Source: a virus
Virus record (IMG/VR): IMGVR_UViG_3300021373_003070
Direction: 5' to 3' (one strand)
DNA: 64,000 bases
Made by a program: the position numbers and the translations under genes. Below the pieces are notes generated by a model that saw only the letters and a program-made list of their open reading frames with translations, was not told where the DNA came from and made no database searches. Shown here piece after piece: positions 54,570 to 64,000 of the stretch (its first letter is position 1; each line of letters begins with the position of its first letter).

Positions 54570-55785
54570 CCAATACATCATTGAAGCAAAGAATACTCAC
54601 ATGGAACACGTTGAGGATTTGATGTTCAATGAAGGTGTAGCTGGTACAAGGAAAGCAATTAACTTCTTACGTAATTTGCGAGACATGTTAGCAGGTTCAT
54701 CGAACAAAAATATCTCACGTACTGTCAAATGGGATGGAGCACCAGCCGTGTTTGTTGGCATCGATCCATCAGATGGTAAGTTCTTTGTCGCAAAGAAAGG
54801 TGTATTCAATAAAGATCCGAAAGTCTACAAGACACCAGCAGATGTAAAGGCTGATACGAGCGGTGATCTACAAGCTAAACTACTTTTAGCACTACAAGAA
54901 TTTTCAAAGCTAGGTATCAAATCTGGTGTATATCAAGGCGATCTGATGTTTACGAAAGGCGACGTTCAGAAGGAAAAAATAGATGATCAATCGTATTTTA
55001 CTTTTCAGCCCAATACTATTGTATATGCTATACCTGTCGGTTCTGCCATCGGTAGGGAAATTACCCGAGCAAACATCGGAGTTGTGTGGCATACAGCATA
55101 CAGTGGGGAGTCATTTGAAACAATGCGAGCCTCATTTGGTAAGCCAATCGTCAACAAGTTCAACCAATCAAAAAGCATCTGGCAAGTAGACGCTAACTAC
55201 GAAGACGAAACTGGTAAAGCTTTGTTTAGTGCCGCTGAGACTGCAGCTGTGACTGCAAAATTATCCGAAGCAGGTAAATTATTCAATGCTGTGCCAGCTG
55301 GTCTCTTAAATGGTATCGCAACCAATGACGAGTTACGAGAGCGATTGAAGGTATTCAATAATACATTTATTAGAGCTGGTCAACGAGCTAATCCTAAAAC
55401 ACATACTCGTAAGCTCATCTCATTTATGACTGACTATTATAAGAAGCAATCAGATAGTCGATCTTCAGAGAGAGGCAAGGCTGCAGTTAAATCAAGACAA
55501 GCTGCGGCTGTTAAGATCTTCTCACAATACAAAGCTAATGACTTTGAAAACATGTTTAAGTTGATGTTAGTTATGACTGATGCAAAGAACATGATTGTCG
55601 ATAAGATGAATCAAGCCGGAAAGCTGAGTACATTCCTCCGTACACGTAATGGTTTTAAAGTCACGAATCCAGAAGGCTTTGTTGCAATCGATCATCTTAG
55701 CAATGACGCTGTCAAAATCATTGATCGCCTCGAATTCTCTCAAGCAAACTTCTCACCTGACATCATAAAAGGATGGCAGAAATAA
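54556..55785 (+). CDS. Ligase-like covalent nucleotidyltransferase (DUF6267-like) with capsid-targeting-like N-terminus
   Basis: MKKFNQYIIE; TVKWDG (KxDG), QGDLMF, PEGFV, VKIIDR. Confidence 0.7.
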   Translation: MKKFNQYIIEAKNTHMEHVEDLMFNEGVAGTRKAINFLRNLRDMLAGSSNKNISRTVKWDGAPAVFVGIDPSDGKFFVAKKGVFNKDPKVYKTPADVKADTSGDLQAKLLLALQEFSKLGIKSGVYQGDLMFTKGDVQKEKIDDQSYFTFQPNTIVYAIPVGSAIGREITRANIGVVWHTAYSGESFETMRASFGKPIVNKFNQSKSIWQVDANYEDETGKALFSAAETAAVTAKLSEAGKLFNAVPAGLLNGIATNDELRERLKVFNNTFIRAGQRANPKTHTRKLISFMTDYYKKQSDSRSSERGKAAVKSRQAAAVKIFSQYKANDFENMFKLMLVMTDAKNMIVDKMNQAGKLSTFLRTRNGFKVTNPEGFVAIDHLSNDAVKIIDRLEFSQANFSPDIIKGWQK

Positions 55786-56472
55786 TTGAGAAGAAAAAAA
55801 TATACGGTATTCGGATTACAACGTAGCGGTACCAATTTCCTAGAGCAGCAATTGATGACAGGTTTACCGAACTGTCGTATCATTAATGCGTATGCTCACG
55901 ATGGCCCATGGAAACACACATACGATATCCACCATGATATCAAAACCATGTATGCCAAAACCACAAACGGATTAGAAACATACGATTATTGGATAGCTCG
56001 ACTGAGAGAGACCAATGCTATATGGATACACAAACATCCAGTGATGTGGGTACAAAGTGTGCTGAAGAAAAACGTAGACTGTCGTCGTCATCCTGATTTT
56101 GATGGCAAACCTGAAGCAAGAGTAAAATACTACACAGGTACCAAATTAAGTCTATGCAACATGTACAGAAATCATTGGTTGTTTTGGAAAGAACAAAGCC
56201 GACATCAAAAAATATATCGTGTACCATACGAGCATCTATTGCCCGGTGCAAATGCAAAGATGCATACGAAGATGATCGCAGAGTTTTTCAATGATGATGA
56301 CTTTACACCATACGACAGAGCGTTCGATAAAGTACCTATGTCTGCCAAATTTACTGAGGATGATCGTAATAAATATCTAAAGTATGAGACTAACTTGAAT
56401 GAAGAAGATCAAGCGTTCATATTAAAGCATGTAGGTAAGGACTGTTTGAAATATTATGGATACGATATATAG
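55786..56472 (+). CDS. Sulfotransferase-like protein
   Basis: GLQRSGTN PAPS-binding loop, WKH, KHP..W..S, V.YE.L. Confidence 0.7.
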   Translation: MRRKKYTVFGLQRSGTNFLEQQLMTGLPNCRIINAYAHDGPWKHTYDIHHDIKTMYAKTTNGLETYDYWIARLRETNAIWIHKHPVMWVQSVLKKNVDCRRHPDFDGKPEARVKYYTGTKLSLCNMYRNHWLFWKEQSRHQKIYRVPYEHLLPGANAKMHTKMIAEFFNDDDFTPYDRAFDKVPMSAKFTEDDRNKYLKYETNLNEEDQAFILKHVGKDCLKYYGYDI

Positions 56473-57130
56473 AAAATTTGTAGATCATCCAGACGAAGTA
56501 AAAGTTATATTTGAACGATATGACTTAGATGGATTATGGTGGCCAGATATTAAGAGAGGTGATGGTTTATGGACTGGTCCTCTTAAAAACTGGAATGAAG
56601 AAGTTGATGTGTGGTTATCATTTCTTAAAAATTTTGATGTATGTGTACAGGCTGGTGGTGCAGCTGGCATGTATCCAAGATTCTGGTCAGAACATTTCTC
56701 GAAAGTAATCACTTTCGAACCATGCCCTCGAAGTTATTCATGTCTTATACAGAATTGTGTTGGCGATAAGTTTGAAACACACAATCTAGGTTTAGGTAAT
56801 CCAAAGCCAGACGAAAAATATCAGATCAACAACAAGAACAAGTCGAATCTAGGTACTCATAAAGTTATAGGACCTGTCAAACATACGAATGCAGATTATA
56901 CAGACATTGAAGTTATATCTATCGACTCGTTAGATCTTGAAGTCTGCGACCTTCTACATCTCGACGTAGAAGGATCCGAACAATCTATCATCGACGGTGC
57001 AATACAAACAATCAAAAGATGTAAGCCTCTTATTATAACAGAACGATCTGGCGGCAAAGCGACACTTGAACAACTAGGATATCGTCAAGTGTTCAAAGGC
57101 AGAATGGATACGGTATTTAGATATGAGTAA
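56456..57130 (+). CDS. FkbM-family methyltransferase
   Basis: QAGGAAG, TFEP, LDVEGSE, P.II.E. Confidence 0.85.
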   Translation: MDTIYRKFVDHPDEVKVIFERYDLDGLWWPDIKRGDGLWTGPLKNWNEEVDVWLSFLKNFDVCVQAGGAAGMYPRFWSEHFSKVITFEPCPRSYSCLIQNCVGDKFETHNLGLGNPKPDEKYQINNKNKSNLGTHKVIGPVKHTNADYTDIEVISIDSLDLEVCDLLHLDVEGSEQSIIDGAIQTIKRCKPLIITERSGGKATLEQLGYRQVFKGRMDTVFRYE

Positions 57131-57938
57131 ACAAGTCCCAGATAAAGTCTATATAATCTACAATTCTGGCAACGATAAGTCTGAAGAATATATGGGCGTT
57201 GCTCGTAGATCTATCAAGCGTGTTGAGATGGACTTCGAAGAGGTAGATTGGCCTACTGATATAGATGAATGTTGGAAGAAAGTCGAGCATCTCAACATCA
57301 AAGATCATGGTCATTTTAACTATTCGCAACCGTTGTATCCTGACTATCATGCTGATCGTACACCTATCGAACAAAAGAATGCAGCAGAGTCAGTCACTTT
57401 AGCTCATCTATATTTATGGGATAAAATAGCAAAAAGTGGTGAAGCGGCATGCATTGTTGAGCATGACTTTATATTCTATAATAACATCGATATGATCATA
57501 CCTGATGGTTTTATTGTCGGCCTAGGATATAAGTTAGCCGAAGCCAATGCATATAGGAATGATTTTCATAACTTAGATGATAAACCAAAAGAAATCGTAT
57601 TGGCTGATAAGATACTTGGTGCACATGGCTATGCTATCACAGCAAAGACTGCTCAAAATCTTGTAGACGAGGCGATAAATAAAGGTACACAAGGCTGGAT
57701 TGATTGCGTTTACTTTCAAGGTAACTCATTGAGACTAACTGATACACGAACATCGATGATGAGTCCACCACCCGGTGCTGCATTGTTACGTGATTCTACT
57801 ATCTGGCCTGTTGTTGCAACGTTAAATTATAAGTGTTGTGATTCATTTATTAAACGATGTAAACCAGAATATACAAACAAGAAACGCAACGAAATATCTC
57901 GACATCACTTCGCAAGCTTAAAAATGAGAAGTGTATAA
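57123..57938 (+). CDS. GT25-like glycosyltransferase
   Basis: AHLYLW..I, IVEHD, GAHGYAIT...A..L. Confidence 0.7.
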   Translation: MSKQVPDKVYIIYNSGNDKSEEYMGVARRSIKRVEMDFEEVDWPTDIDECWKKVEHLNIKDHGHFNYSQPLYPDYHADRTPIEQKNAAESVTLAHLYLWDKIAKSGEAACIVEHDFIFYNNIDMIIPDGFIVGLGYKLAEANAYRNDFHNLDDKPKEIVLADKILGAHGYAITAKTAQNLVDEAINKGTQGWIDCVYFQGNSLRLTDTRTSMMSPPPGAALLRDSTIWPVVATLNYKCCDSFIKRCKPEYTNKKRNEISRHHFASLKMRSV

Positions 57939-57941
57939 ATA
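57934..57941 (+). promoter_or_regulatory. Late promoter TATAAATA
   Basis: Exact consensus about 40 nt before the 57979 start. Confidence 0.7.
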
Positions 57942-57978
57942 AATCAAAATAGACGAAGTTAGGCTAAGGCAATCCTTC

Positions 57979-59505
57979 ATGAAGAAAATTGTAATCTGCT
58001 TCGGCAGAATGAATCCTGTTACTGTGGGACACGAGAAACTGGTCAAAAAGATCCAGTCTGTTGCTCGTTCTCAGCGCGCTGATGCCGCCGTCTACTTGTC
58101 GCATTCGCAAGACAAGAAAAAGAATCCACTCTCATATCAAGACAAAATACGATTTGCAACCAAGGCATTTGGTTCTGTCGTAAAAAAGTCTAACGCCAAT
58201 ACAATCATCAAAGTATTACAGGAACTCGATAGTAAGTATGACGAGGTAACACTCGTGGCTGGTTCTGATCGTGTGAAGGACTTTGATTCATTGCTTAATA
58301 AATATAATGGCAAAGACTATACGTTCAAAAGTATTAAGGTTGTTTCAGCCGGTGAAAGAGATCCGGATGCAGATGATGTTTCAGGAATGTCTGCTTCGAA
58401 GATGAGAGCTCTTGCAGGATCCGGCGATTTTGCACAATTTAAAAAAGGTTTACCTCGTGGATTGCAGGGTAAAGAGGCCAAACAAATGTATGATAAAATA
58501 AGAGATGCCGCCGGTATCAAAGAAGAGAACATACAAGAAGTCCTGACTGTTCAACAGCGTCTCAAAAAGAAAGCTATGATGAAGCGTATCAAGTCTAAGA
58601 TCAAGCTTGGTCGCCGACGTGCTAAGTATAAGGTAGCAAATAAGCAGAAGCTGACAGTAAGATCACAGAAGAAAGCTCGCGAGCTTATTCGTCAACGTGT
58701 TGCTGGCGCACTTGGTAAAAATTATAAGTCACTACCACTCGCTGGTCGTATGCAAGTAGATAAGAAAGTAGAAAAGAAAGCAGCATTGATCAAGCAGATA
58801 GCAAAGCGTATGCTTCCAAAAGTTCGTAAGGCAGAGATGGAGCGAGTTAGCAAAGCTCGAAAGTCTCGCAATGAAAATTACGAAATGTTGTCAATGATCG
58901 AGTCGGTTTACGAAGTTGTAAAGAACGAAGAAATCACGCAAAAAGTAGAACGCAATCTTGCTCGTAAGAGTGAGAAATATGGTGTACAGTTCGAAGAGCT
59001 GAAAGAAAAGTATTTGTCATATCGTCAGTTTGCAAGCGAGGCAGATACATTCCAAGCGATCAACTCTGAGCTTGCGAACGAAGCAATATCACCTGAATCA
59101 CAAAAAGCTCATCGTGGTATGTTTAAAGCAGCACAAAAGAAGAAAGACGATGCGGCCGCACAGCGTGAAAGAGAAACAAGATTAAAGAAAAAAGGTTGGG
59201 TTAGAAACGATCGCGGCGGTTTCTCTAAGATCACCGAAGACGATAAGCCTAATAAGCGAGGCGATGATAGTAAAGGTCATAAGCGGCCGACTGAAGATGG
59301 TGCTGGTTTGACACGTAAAGGTGCAAAGGCAGCCGGTGTCAAAACCGCTGTGACTACACCACCTAGCAAGTTAGATCCAAAGGGAAAAGCTGCTAAGCGA
59401 CGTAAGTCATTCTGTGCTCGTATGGGTGGTATGAAAGGACCAATGAAGGACGAAAAAGGACGGCCAACACGAAAGGCCATGTCATTAAGAAGGTGGAATT
59501 GCTAA
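57979..59505 (+). CDS. HxGH-family nucleotidyltransferase fused to basic modules
   Basis: FGRMNP.T.GH, KNPL, AGSDR, GMSASKMR; Lys/Arg-rich tail punctuated by [ILV]xE. Confidence 0.8.
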   Translation: MKKIVICFGRMNPVTVGHEKLVKKIQSVARSQRADAAVYLSHSQDKKKNPLSYQDKIRFATKAFGSVVKKSNANTIIKVLQELDSKYDEVTLVAGSDRVKDFDSLLNKYNGKDYTFKSIKVVSAGERDPDADDVSGMSASKMRALAGSGDFAQFKKGLPRGLQGKEAKQMYDKIRDAAGIKEENIQEVLTVQQRLKKKAMMKRIKSKIKLGRRRAKYKVANKQKLTVRSQKKARELIRQRVAGALGKNYKSLPLAGRMQVDKKVEKKAALIKQIAKRMLPKVRKAEMERVSKARKSRNENYEMLSMIESVYEVVKNEEITQKVERNLARKSEKYGVQFEELKEKYLSYRQFASEADTFQAINSELANEAISPESQKAHRGMFKAAQKKKDDAAAQRERETRLKKKGWVRNDRGGFSKITEDDKPNKRGDDSKGHKRPTEDGAGLTRKGAKAAGVKTAVTTPPSKLDPKGKAAKRRKSFCARMGGMKGPMKDEKGRPTRKAMSLRRWNC

Positions 59506-59506
59506 C

Positions 59507-60478
59507 ATGGAATACAAAACAAATGCAAAAGCTCGTATTGATCGAGAAAAGAAAGCTGATAAAAGAAAGCATGACACCATGATGGATAGAGCCAGAATTC
59601 GAGATGCGCGCGCTAAGAATCAAGCAACAAAAGCTGAAGCAGTTGAGCGACTTGACGAGTTAGGTAAGAAGACACTCGGCTCTTATATCAAAAAGGCTTC
59701 TAAGAGCGCTGCAGATAACAAAGCTGCGTCGGCTACATACAGCATGGCGGCAAATAAAGAAGCTCCGCGAAGTTCTGGTGAAAGAAGCATGAGAAAACAT
59801 GAACTAAGCACATTTCAAAAGTCGCAGCGACGTCAAAAAGGTATCGAAAGAGCTACCGATCGGTTGACACGAGAAGATATCGAGCAGGTTGATGAGATAT
59901 CAGCAAAGACTGCAAAATCTGCATGGTTGAAGCGTAAGGCACAGGCTGCAAAGGTAAGTGGCCACAATCATGACATTCTTGCTGCGAAGGCGCGAAAGAA
60001 CAAAGAGCGATTTGGCTATAAAGAAGAACTGCCAGAAGCTAAATCAGCACAAGATCCAGATATTAAGGATCGTGAAGGTACACAACCAGCAGCATATCAC
60101 AAAGGTCTAAAGAAGTCGACCAAAGCCAAGCGTGATGCTCATTTTAAGAAACACGGACCAAAAGCGGACAACGATCAATCAGCATACGGTGATGCACCGG
60201 GCGATAAGGCAGCTCGCAAAAAGGGTATGCCAAAGTCTAAGCACACAAAATTCGTTGACAATATGATGAAAGAAGAAGATTCTGGATTCGCAGCAAAGTC
60301 GAAGAAGTCAGGTATTTCGGTATCGACTCTTCGCAAAGTTTACAATAGAGGCGTTGCAGCATGGAAAACCGGTCATCGGCCGGGAACGACACCACAACAG
60401 TGGGGCCATGCACGAGTCAATGCATTTATTGCAAAGAAGAAGAAAGGTGGATTGAACCACGATAAAGATTTAGCATGA
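59507..60478 (+). CDS. Basic modular protein, probable internal head polyprotein
   Basis: LDE/LGKKTLGSYIKKA, VDE/ISAKT, LPE/AK; terminal module KSG.....L..VYNRG.AAW.TGHRPG..PQQW..ARVN.F. Confidence 0.7.
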   Translation: MEYKTNAKARIDREKKADKRKHDTMMDRARIRDARAKNQATKAEAVERLDELGKKTLGSYIKKASKSAADNKAASATYSMAANKEAPRSSGERSMRKHELSTFQKSQRRQKGIERATDRLTREDIEQVDEISAKTAKSAWLKRKAQAAKVSGHNHDILAAKARKNKERFGYKEELPEAKSAQDPDIKDREGTQPAAYHKGLKKSTKAKRDAHFKKHGPKADNDQSAYGDAPGDKAARKKGMPKSKHTKFVDNMMKEEDSGFAAKSKKSGISVSTLRKVYNRGVAAWKTGHRPGTTPQQWGHARVNAFIAKKKKGGLNHDKDLA

Positions 60479-60485
60479 GGATATT

Positions 60486-60764
60486 ATGACTGATATAAAA
60501 GATACACAACAGAATTACCAAGGCTTAAATAGTGCAGTGATGGATGTACTGCAGAAGAATCAAGATCTATATCGACAGGATCTTGAGAATCAATTTGCTA
60601 AGTATATGATTGCGCCAGAAGAAGAAGCGCCTAATCCTACTGAAGCAGAAATGGATGCAGCTACACAACAAAATGTAGTAGCCACTCCTGATCCTATTGC
60701 AGAGCCTGAAGCTGTAAATCCAGACGACGTCATCGATGGCGCAAGTGGTATGTCTGAAGAGTAA
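60486..60764 (+). CDS. Acidic hypothetical protein
   Basis: GAGG RBS; Glu/Asp/Pro-rich. Confidence 0.65.
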   Translation: MTDIKDTQQNYQGLNSAVMDVLQKNQDLYRQDLENQFAKYMIAPEEEAPNPTEAEMDAATQQNVVATPDPIAEPEAVNPDDVIDGASGMSEE

Positions 60765-60767
60765 ACA

Positions 60768-61586
60768 ATGCGAGTTTTATTTTTGTTATCTGGCGAGATT
60801 AGAGGTTCTCGCACGAAAGCTAATATAGAATGGATTAAAGAGTGTTTACCAGATATTGATGTAAAGTGCATTACATGGAACAGAGGTATCGAGTATTCAT
60901 TCGTTGATAAGTATTATGATGAGCCAGTTGCAACTTATTGGCCTGAAAATTCAAAGCAGCACGTCCTACATAGAATTGAAGGACTGAGGCAGTTGAAGAA
61001 ATCGGGTGCAGATTGGCCGCCGTTAAACAACCATGATTTTGAATTGGTGACACAGAGATTTAGTCAAAACGCCAATAATAGAAATCGATGGAAAAAACGG
61101 CATTATCAATTGTTGCAGCATGCATTAGGTGTCGATGATTTTGGTGATGGATATGATATCATAGTAAGAGGACGATTCGATTATCCTTATAGAAACTATG
61201 ATCATATCAAACTGGCTATCGAATATTTAAGTATGAGTAAGACTGATATTGTAGAGGTGAGAAACTCGGTCGATGTTGAAGGTCATGAATTTATTGAACC
61301 AGAGCTAAATTGGTTATCATGGGATTTTACGATCATACATCGAAAAGAAGCATACGATACAGATTTTATTTGGAATGAGCATAAGAACAAAAGGTTATTA
61401 GGTGCAGAGAGTGGTTGGAATCAAGCATTTAAATTAGACCAACCTGAACCGCCAAAGCTGATGAGTATTAACGGTCATCGTTGTAAGGAAGTTGGTATGC
61501 ATAGCATACTCGATTATTTCCAAAGAATGGATGACTTGACTGAACAGGAACAGACTTTCTATGAAAGACAAACAGAACAAGTCTAA
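60768..61586 (+). CDS. Putative GT-A-like protein, paralog family member 4
   Basis: RVLFLLSGEIR ... YDIIVRGRFD ... DFTIIHR ... AESGW. Confidence 0.6.
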   Translation: MRVLFLLSGEIRGSRTKANIEWIKECLPDIDVKCITWNRGIEYSFVDKYYDEPVATYWPENSKQHVLHRIEGLRQLKKSGADWPPLNNHDFELVTQRFSQNANNRNRWKKRHYQLLQHALGVDDFGDGYDIIVRGRFDYPYRNYDHIKLAIEYLSMSKTDIVEVRNSVDVEGHEFIEPELNWLSWDFTIIHRKEAYDTDFIWNEHKNKRLLGAESGWNQAFKLDQPEPPKLMSINGHRCKEVGMHSILDYFQRMDDLTEQEQTFYERQTEQV

Positions 61587-64000
61587 AGATCCAGATGGAC
61601 CTTTGCCAAAATGGGGTGAGCCGAAAGGTGTCGCTAAGTATATGGCGTTTACTCCCGGTCAGAAAAAAGTAAAAGAAGCTTGCTGGGATGGCTATAAAAA
61701 GGTAGGTATGAAAAAGAAAGGCAAGAAAATGGTACCGGATTGTGTACCAGAAATGAAGACGATTAAAGTTGGAGAAGATGCTATCGGCTCCAACAATTGT
61801 CATTATGCTCTTGTTCAGTCGAGAAAGGTAATCGCTACCGGTACCAAAGAAGAGATGATGTCACAATGCCAAGAAAAAGGTGGTCGTGTTTGGGTATCTA
61901 CAAAAGCAGTTGGCGATATTGTCGAAGCCAAGTATAGTGTAGATGTAAGCGGTTTACCTCGTTTTTACATGGATGCAGACTCACCAGCTGAGATCAAGAA
62001 GAAGCTGCGAGTATTGCTTCGTAAAGTTTCAGACATCGACAGTGTAGATCGTGTAAACGACGCTAAGATTAAAGCAGATCTACGTCAAAGAATTAAAGGT
62101 GCTGATACCAATAAGAGATTGGTTGACGAAGAACTCGGTTGCTTTCCAGCAGGTAGCTTAGTATTTGTACAGAGCGACATCAATTCTGAAGCAGCATGGA
62201 CAAATATTCCAGAAGAAGAGCCTGAATTTGATTACGGCGAAGATACCTATGTTGAATTCAAAGCAATCGAAGAAGTTGTAGTTGGTGATGTGATTCTAGG
62301 ATACGGTGGCTGGAACACAGTTGAAGAAGTTCATCACTATCCACAAGAATCTCGTAACATGGTTACATATCAGTTTGCAGGTAACCTCGTTGACTGGACT
62401 GGATCGTTGAAGTGTACAGATTATCATCCGATTATGTTCAATCGACAACGTATATGGGAAACAAGAAAAGATTTTAATCATGGTGATCATACGTATGCAT
62501 GGTGTTCAGCAAATCCAGCCTTAAGTAACACTAAGCATCCCGGTCTCGATGTGACAGAGCCATTGATTGGTGATTATGCTGTTACATATACTGCATATCC
62601 ACCTGATATTGATGCTCCATGGAATTACACATCGTTGACTGGTATGACTACAACAACCGAAAACATACCTGTATACAACCTGACTGTGTCAGGTGACCAT
62701 ACGTATATAGTAAATAGTATAGTCGTACACAATAAAAATTTAGATGAGAAGCTAGGTAACAGTTCCACCGCTGGTGACTGGATAAAAGATTTTAGAAAAT
62801 CAGATGCTCCTCAGTTTAAAGGTAAATCAAAAGAGAAAAAGACTAAGATGGCCATTGCTGCCTATCTTAATCATCGCAGACAAAAGGGACTAGAAGAGAT
62901 GGCCTATCGTAAACCAACTGCCGCTGAGATTGCGGCTGATCGTAAAAAAGATAAGAAGGCACCAGAAGGTGATCGCGCTAGCCGAATAAAGAAAAAAGTG
63001 TATGGTAATGCGATGGGCGGTTTGAAGAAAGAATCAACAGCAGAATATGGTAAGTCTATGGATCGTATTCAGGCCAAGAAAACTTCTGATCAATTATCAC
63101 CGGAACATAAGAAAAAGCTATCTGCATTGCATGCTCTTATGAAGAAGCAAAGAAAGACAGGTAACTACAAGATGGAAGATACACAGCTTGAAGAATCAAA
63201 GAAAGCAGTAGCTGCATTGAATATGTTGGCGAAGAAAGATAGCCGAGTTATTCCGGATCAAATCGCCATGTTGAATAGAATTGTCATGGATGGCAAGCAT
63301 AAGGATGCACACAAGTTTGTTCGAGGAATGGATAAAAAGATTTCATCAACTGTTGCCGGCATCCTACGCAAGCATGGTATAAAAGAGGAAAAAGATACGA
63401 CACCAGAAGAGAAGGCTAAGAAGCGTCAGGCATTCCTTGATCGTCTTCGTGGCAAGCCGCCCGTTAGAGAAGAAGATGAACATCATTACGTAAAGGTACA
63501 TGGCAAATCATACCGCGATCATCTCTATGTAAAAACCAAAGCAGCCAGCAAGCGTGACGCCGTTGCTAAAATTAAAAAAGAATATCCAAACAATAAAGTC
63601 ACTTACCATAAAGAGGAACTAGATATGAACGAAGGTTCAATAAAAGGTTCTGATACATCTAGCGTAAAGGGTAAGCTCAAGAAAGCTTTCCGTAAAGGCG
63701 AAGCTGATCAGAAAACATTTAACACGGCGGGCGGTATGCCAAGACGTAAAGAGCCAAAGAATCCAAAGACTGGAGAGCAAAAGGCTTATAAAGCAGGTCG
63801 TCAGGCTGGATATTCAACCAATAAAACTGGTGCTGCGCGATCAAAGCCACAAGATTCTCTGAATTACAAATCAAATAAGATGTTCCCAAAGCGTCCTACT
63901 GGTTTTAGTGCAGATCCTAAGTTGCCAAAAGATAGGAAGCCACAGAGTGAAGGTTTTGCAGATAATAAGCCTAAGCCTCGATTCTCTGATCGCATGTCAA
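61561..64000 (+). CDS. Large basic modular polyprotein with an embedded Hint domain (>813 aa, runs off the window; absent from ORF track)
   Basis: Translated by hand from ATG 61561 with no stop to 64000; modules CWDGYKKVGMKKKGKKMVPDCVP and DFRKSDAPQFKGKS. Confidence 0.85.
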   Translation, partial: MKDKQNKSKDPDGPLPKWGEPKGVAKYMAFTPGQKKVKEACWDGYKKVGMKKKGKKMVPDCVPEMKTIKVGEDAIGSNNCHYALVQSRKVIATGTKEEMMSQCQEKGGRVWVSTKAVGDIVEAKYSVDVSGLPRFYMDADSPAEIKKKLRVLLRKVSDIDSVDRVNDAKIKADLRQRIKGADTNKRLVDEELGCFPAGSLVFVQSDINSEAAWTNIPEEEPEFDYGEDTYVEFKAIEEVVVGDVILGYGGWNTVEEVHHYPQESRNMVTYQFAGNLVDWTGSLKCTDYHPIMFNRQRIWETRKDFNHGDHTYAWCSANPALSNTKHPGLDVTEPLIGDYAVTYTAYPPDIDAPWNYTSLTGMTTTTENIPVYNLTVSGDHTYIVNSIVVHNKNLDEKLGNSSTAGDWIKDFRKSDAPQFKGKSKEKKTKMAIAAYLNHRRQKGLEEMAYRKPTAAEIAADRKKDKKAPEGDRASRIKKKVYGNAMGGLKKESTAEYGKSMDRIQAKKTSDQLSPEHKKKLSALHALMKKQRKTGNYKMEDTQLEESKKAVAALNMLAKKDSRVIPDQIAMLNRIVMDGKHKDAHKFVRGMDKKISSTVAGILRKHGIKEEKDTTPEEKAKKRQAFLDRLRGKPPVREEDEHHYVKVHGKSYRDHLYVKTKAASKRDAVAKIKKEYPNNKVTYHKEELDMNEGSIKGSDTSSVKGKLKKAFRKGEADQKTFNTAGGMPRRKEPKNPKTGEQKAYKAGRQAGYSTNKTGAARSKPQDSLNYKSNKMFPKRPTGFSADPKLPKDRKPQSEGFADNKPKPRFSDRMS
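62140..62733 (+). other. Hint (bacterial intein-like, BIL-type) domain, 198 aa
   Basis: CFPAGSLV (block A), LKCTDYHPI (block B, TxxH), VYNLTVSGDHTYIVNSIVVHN (blocks F/G); +1 residue is Lys; no endonuclease domain. Confidence 0.88.

Noticed and set aside
223-62490. Many short alternate-frame and antisense ORFs in the track
   Set aside because: Nested within well-supported genes with no RBS or motifs; no sign of stop-codon recoding since core genes are intact in the standard code
62140-62733. Canonical splicing intein
   Set aside because: The +1 residue is Lys rather than Cys/Ser/Thr and the host protein is not a conserved enzyme; called BIL-type instead

Overview
A 64-kb segment of a large T4-like myophage genome, almost entirely on the + strand, with the gene order typical of marine T4-like phages: gp23 - gp3 - uvsY - uvsW - gp55 - gp47 - gp46 ... 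gp45 - gp44 - gp62 - regA ... hsp20 - gp43 - uvsX - gp41. The host is probably a marine gammaproteobacterium (inferred from the tmRNA tag, IHF-type sites and lipoprotein spanin). The main points of interest are: (1) a candidate new cytosine hypermodification system at about 8-17.8 kb, made of a dCMP hydroxymethylase, two NTP pyrophosphatases, two paralogous amino acid:DNA transferase-like proteins, a PLP enzyme, an SGNH-fold protein and a C5-methyltransferase-fold protein with a degenerate SAM motif, several of which end in the same TLExFF peptide as the DNA polymerase; (2) a circularly permuted two-piece tmRNA with a gamma-type tag; (3) basic modular proteins punctuated by [ILV]xE prohead-protease-like sites, including a >813-aa ORF missing from the supplied track that carries a Hint/BIL domain; (4) a repeated early-promoter cassette with tandem IHF-consensus sites; (5) metabolic genes (isocitrate lyase, alternative oxidase, cytochrome c, five 2OG-Fe(II) oxygenases, many glycan-modifying enzymes); (6) two tRNAs with an EndoVII-type endonuclease between them, and a ROSE-like leader on hsp20. 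All calls come from reading motifs by eye; no database searches were run.
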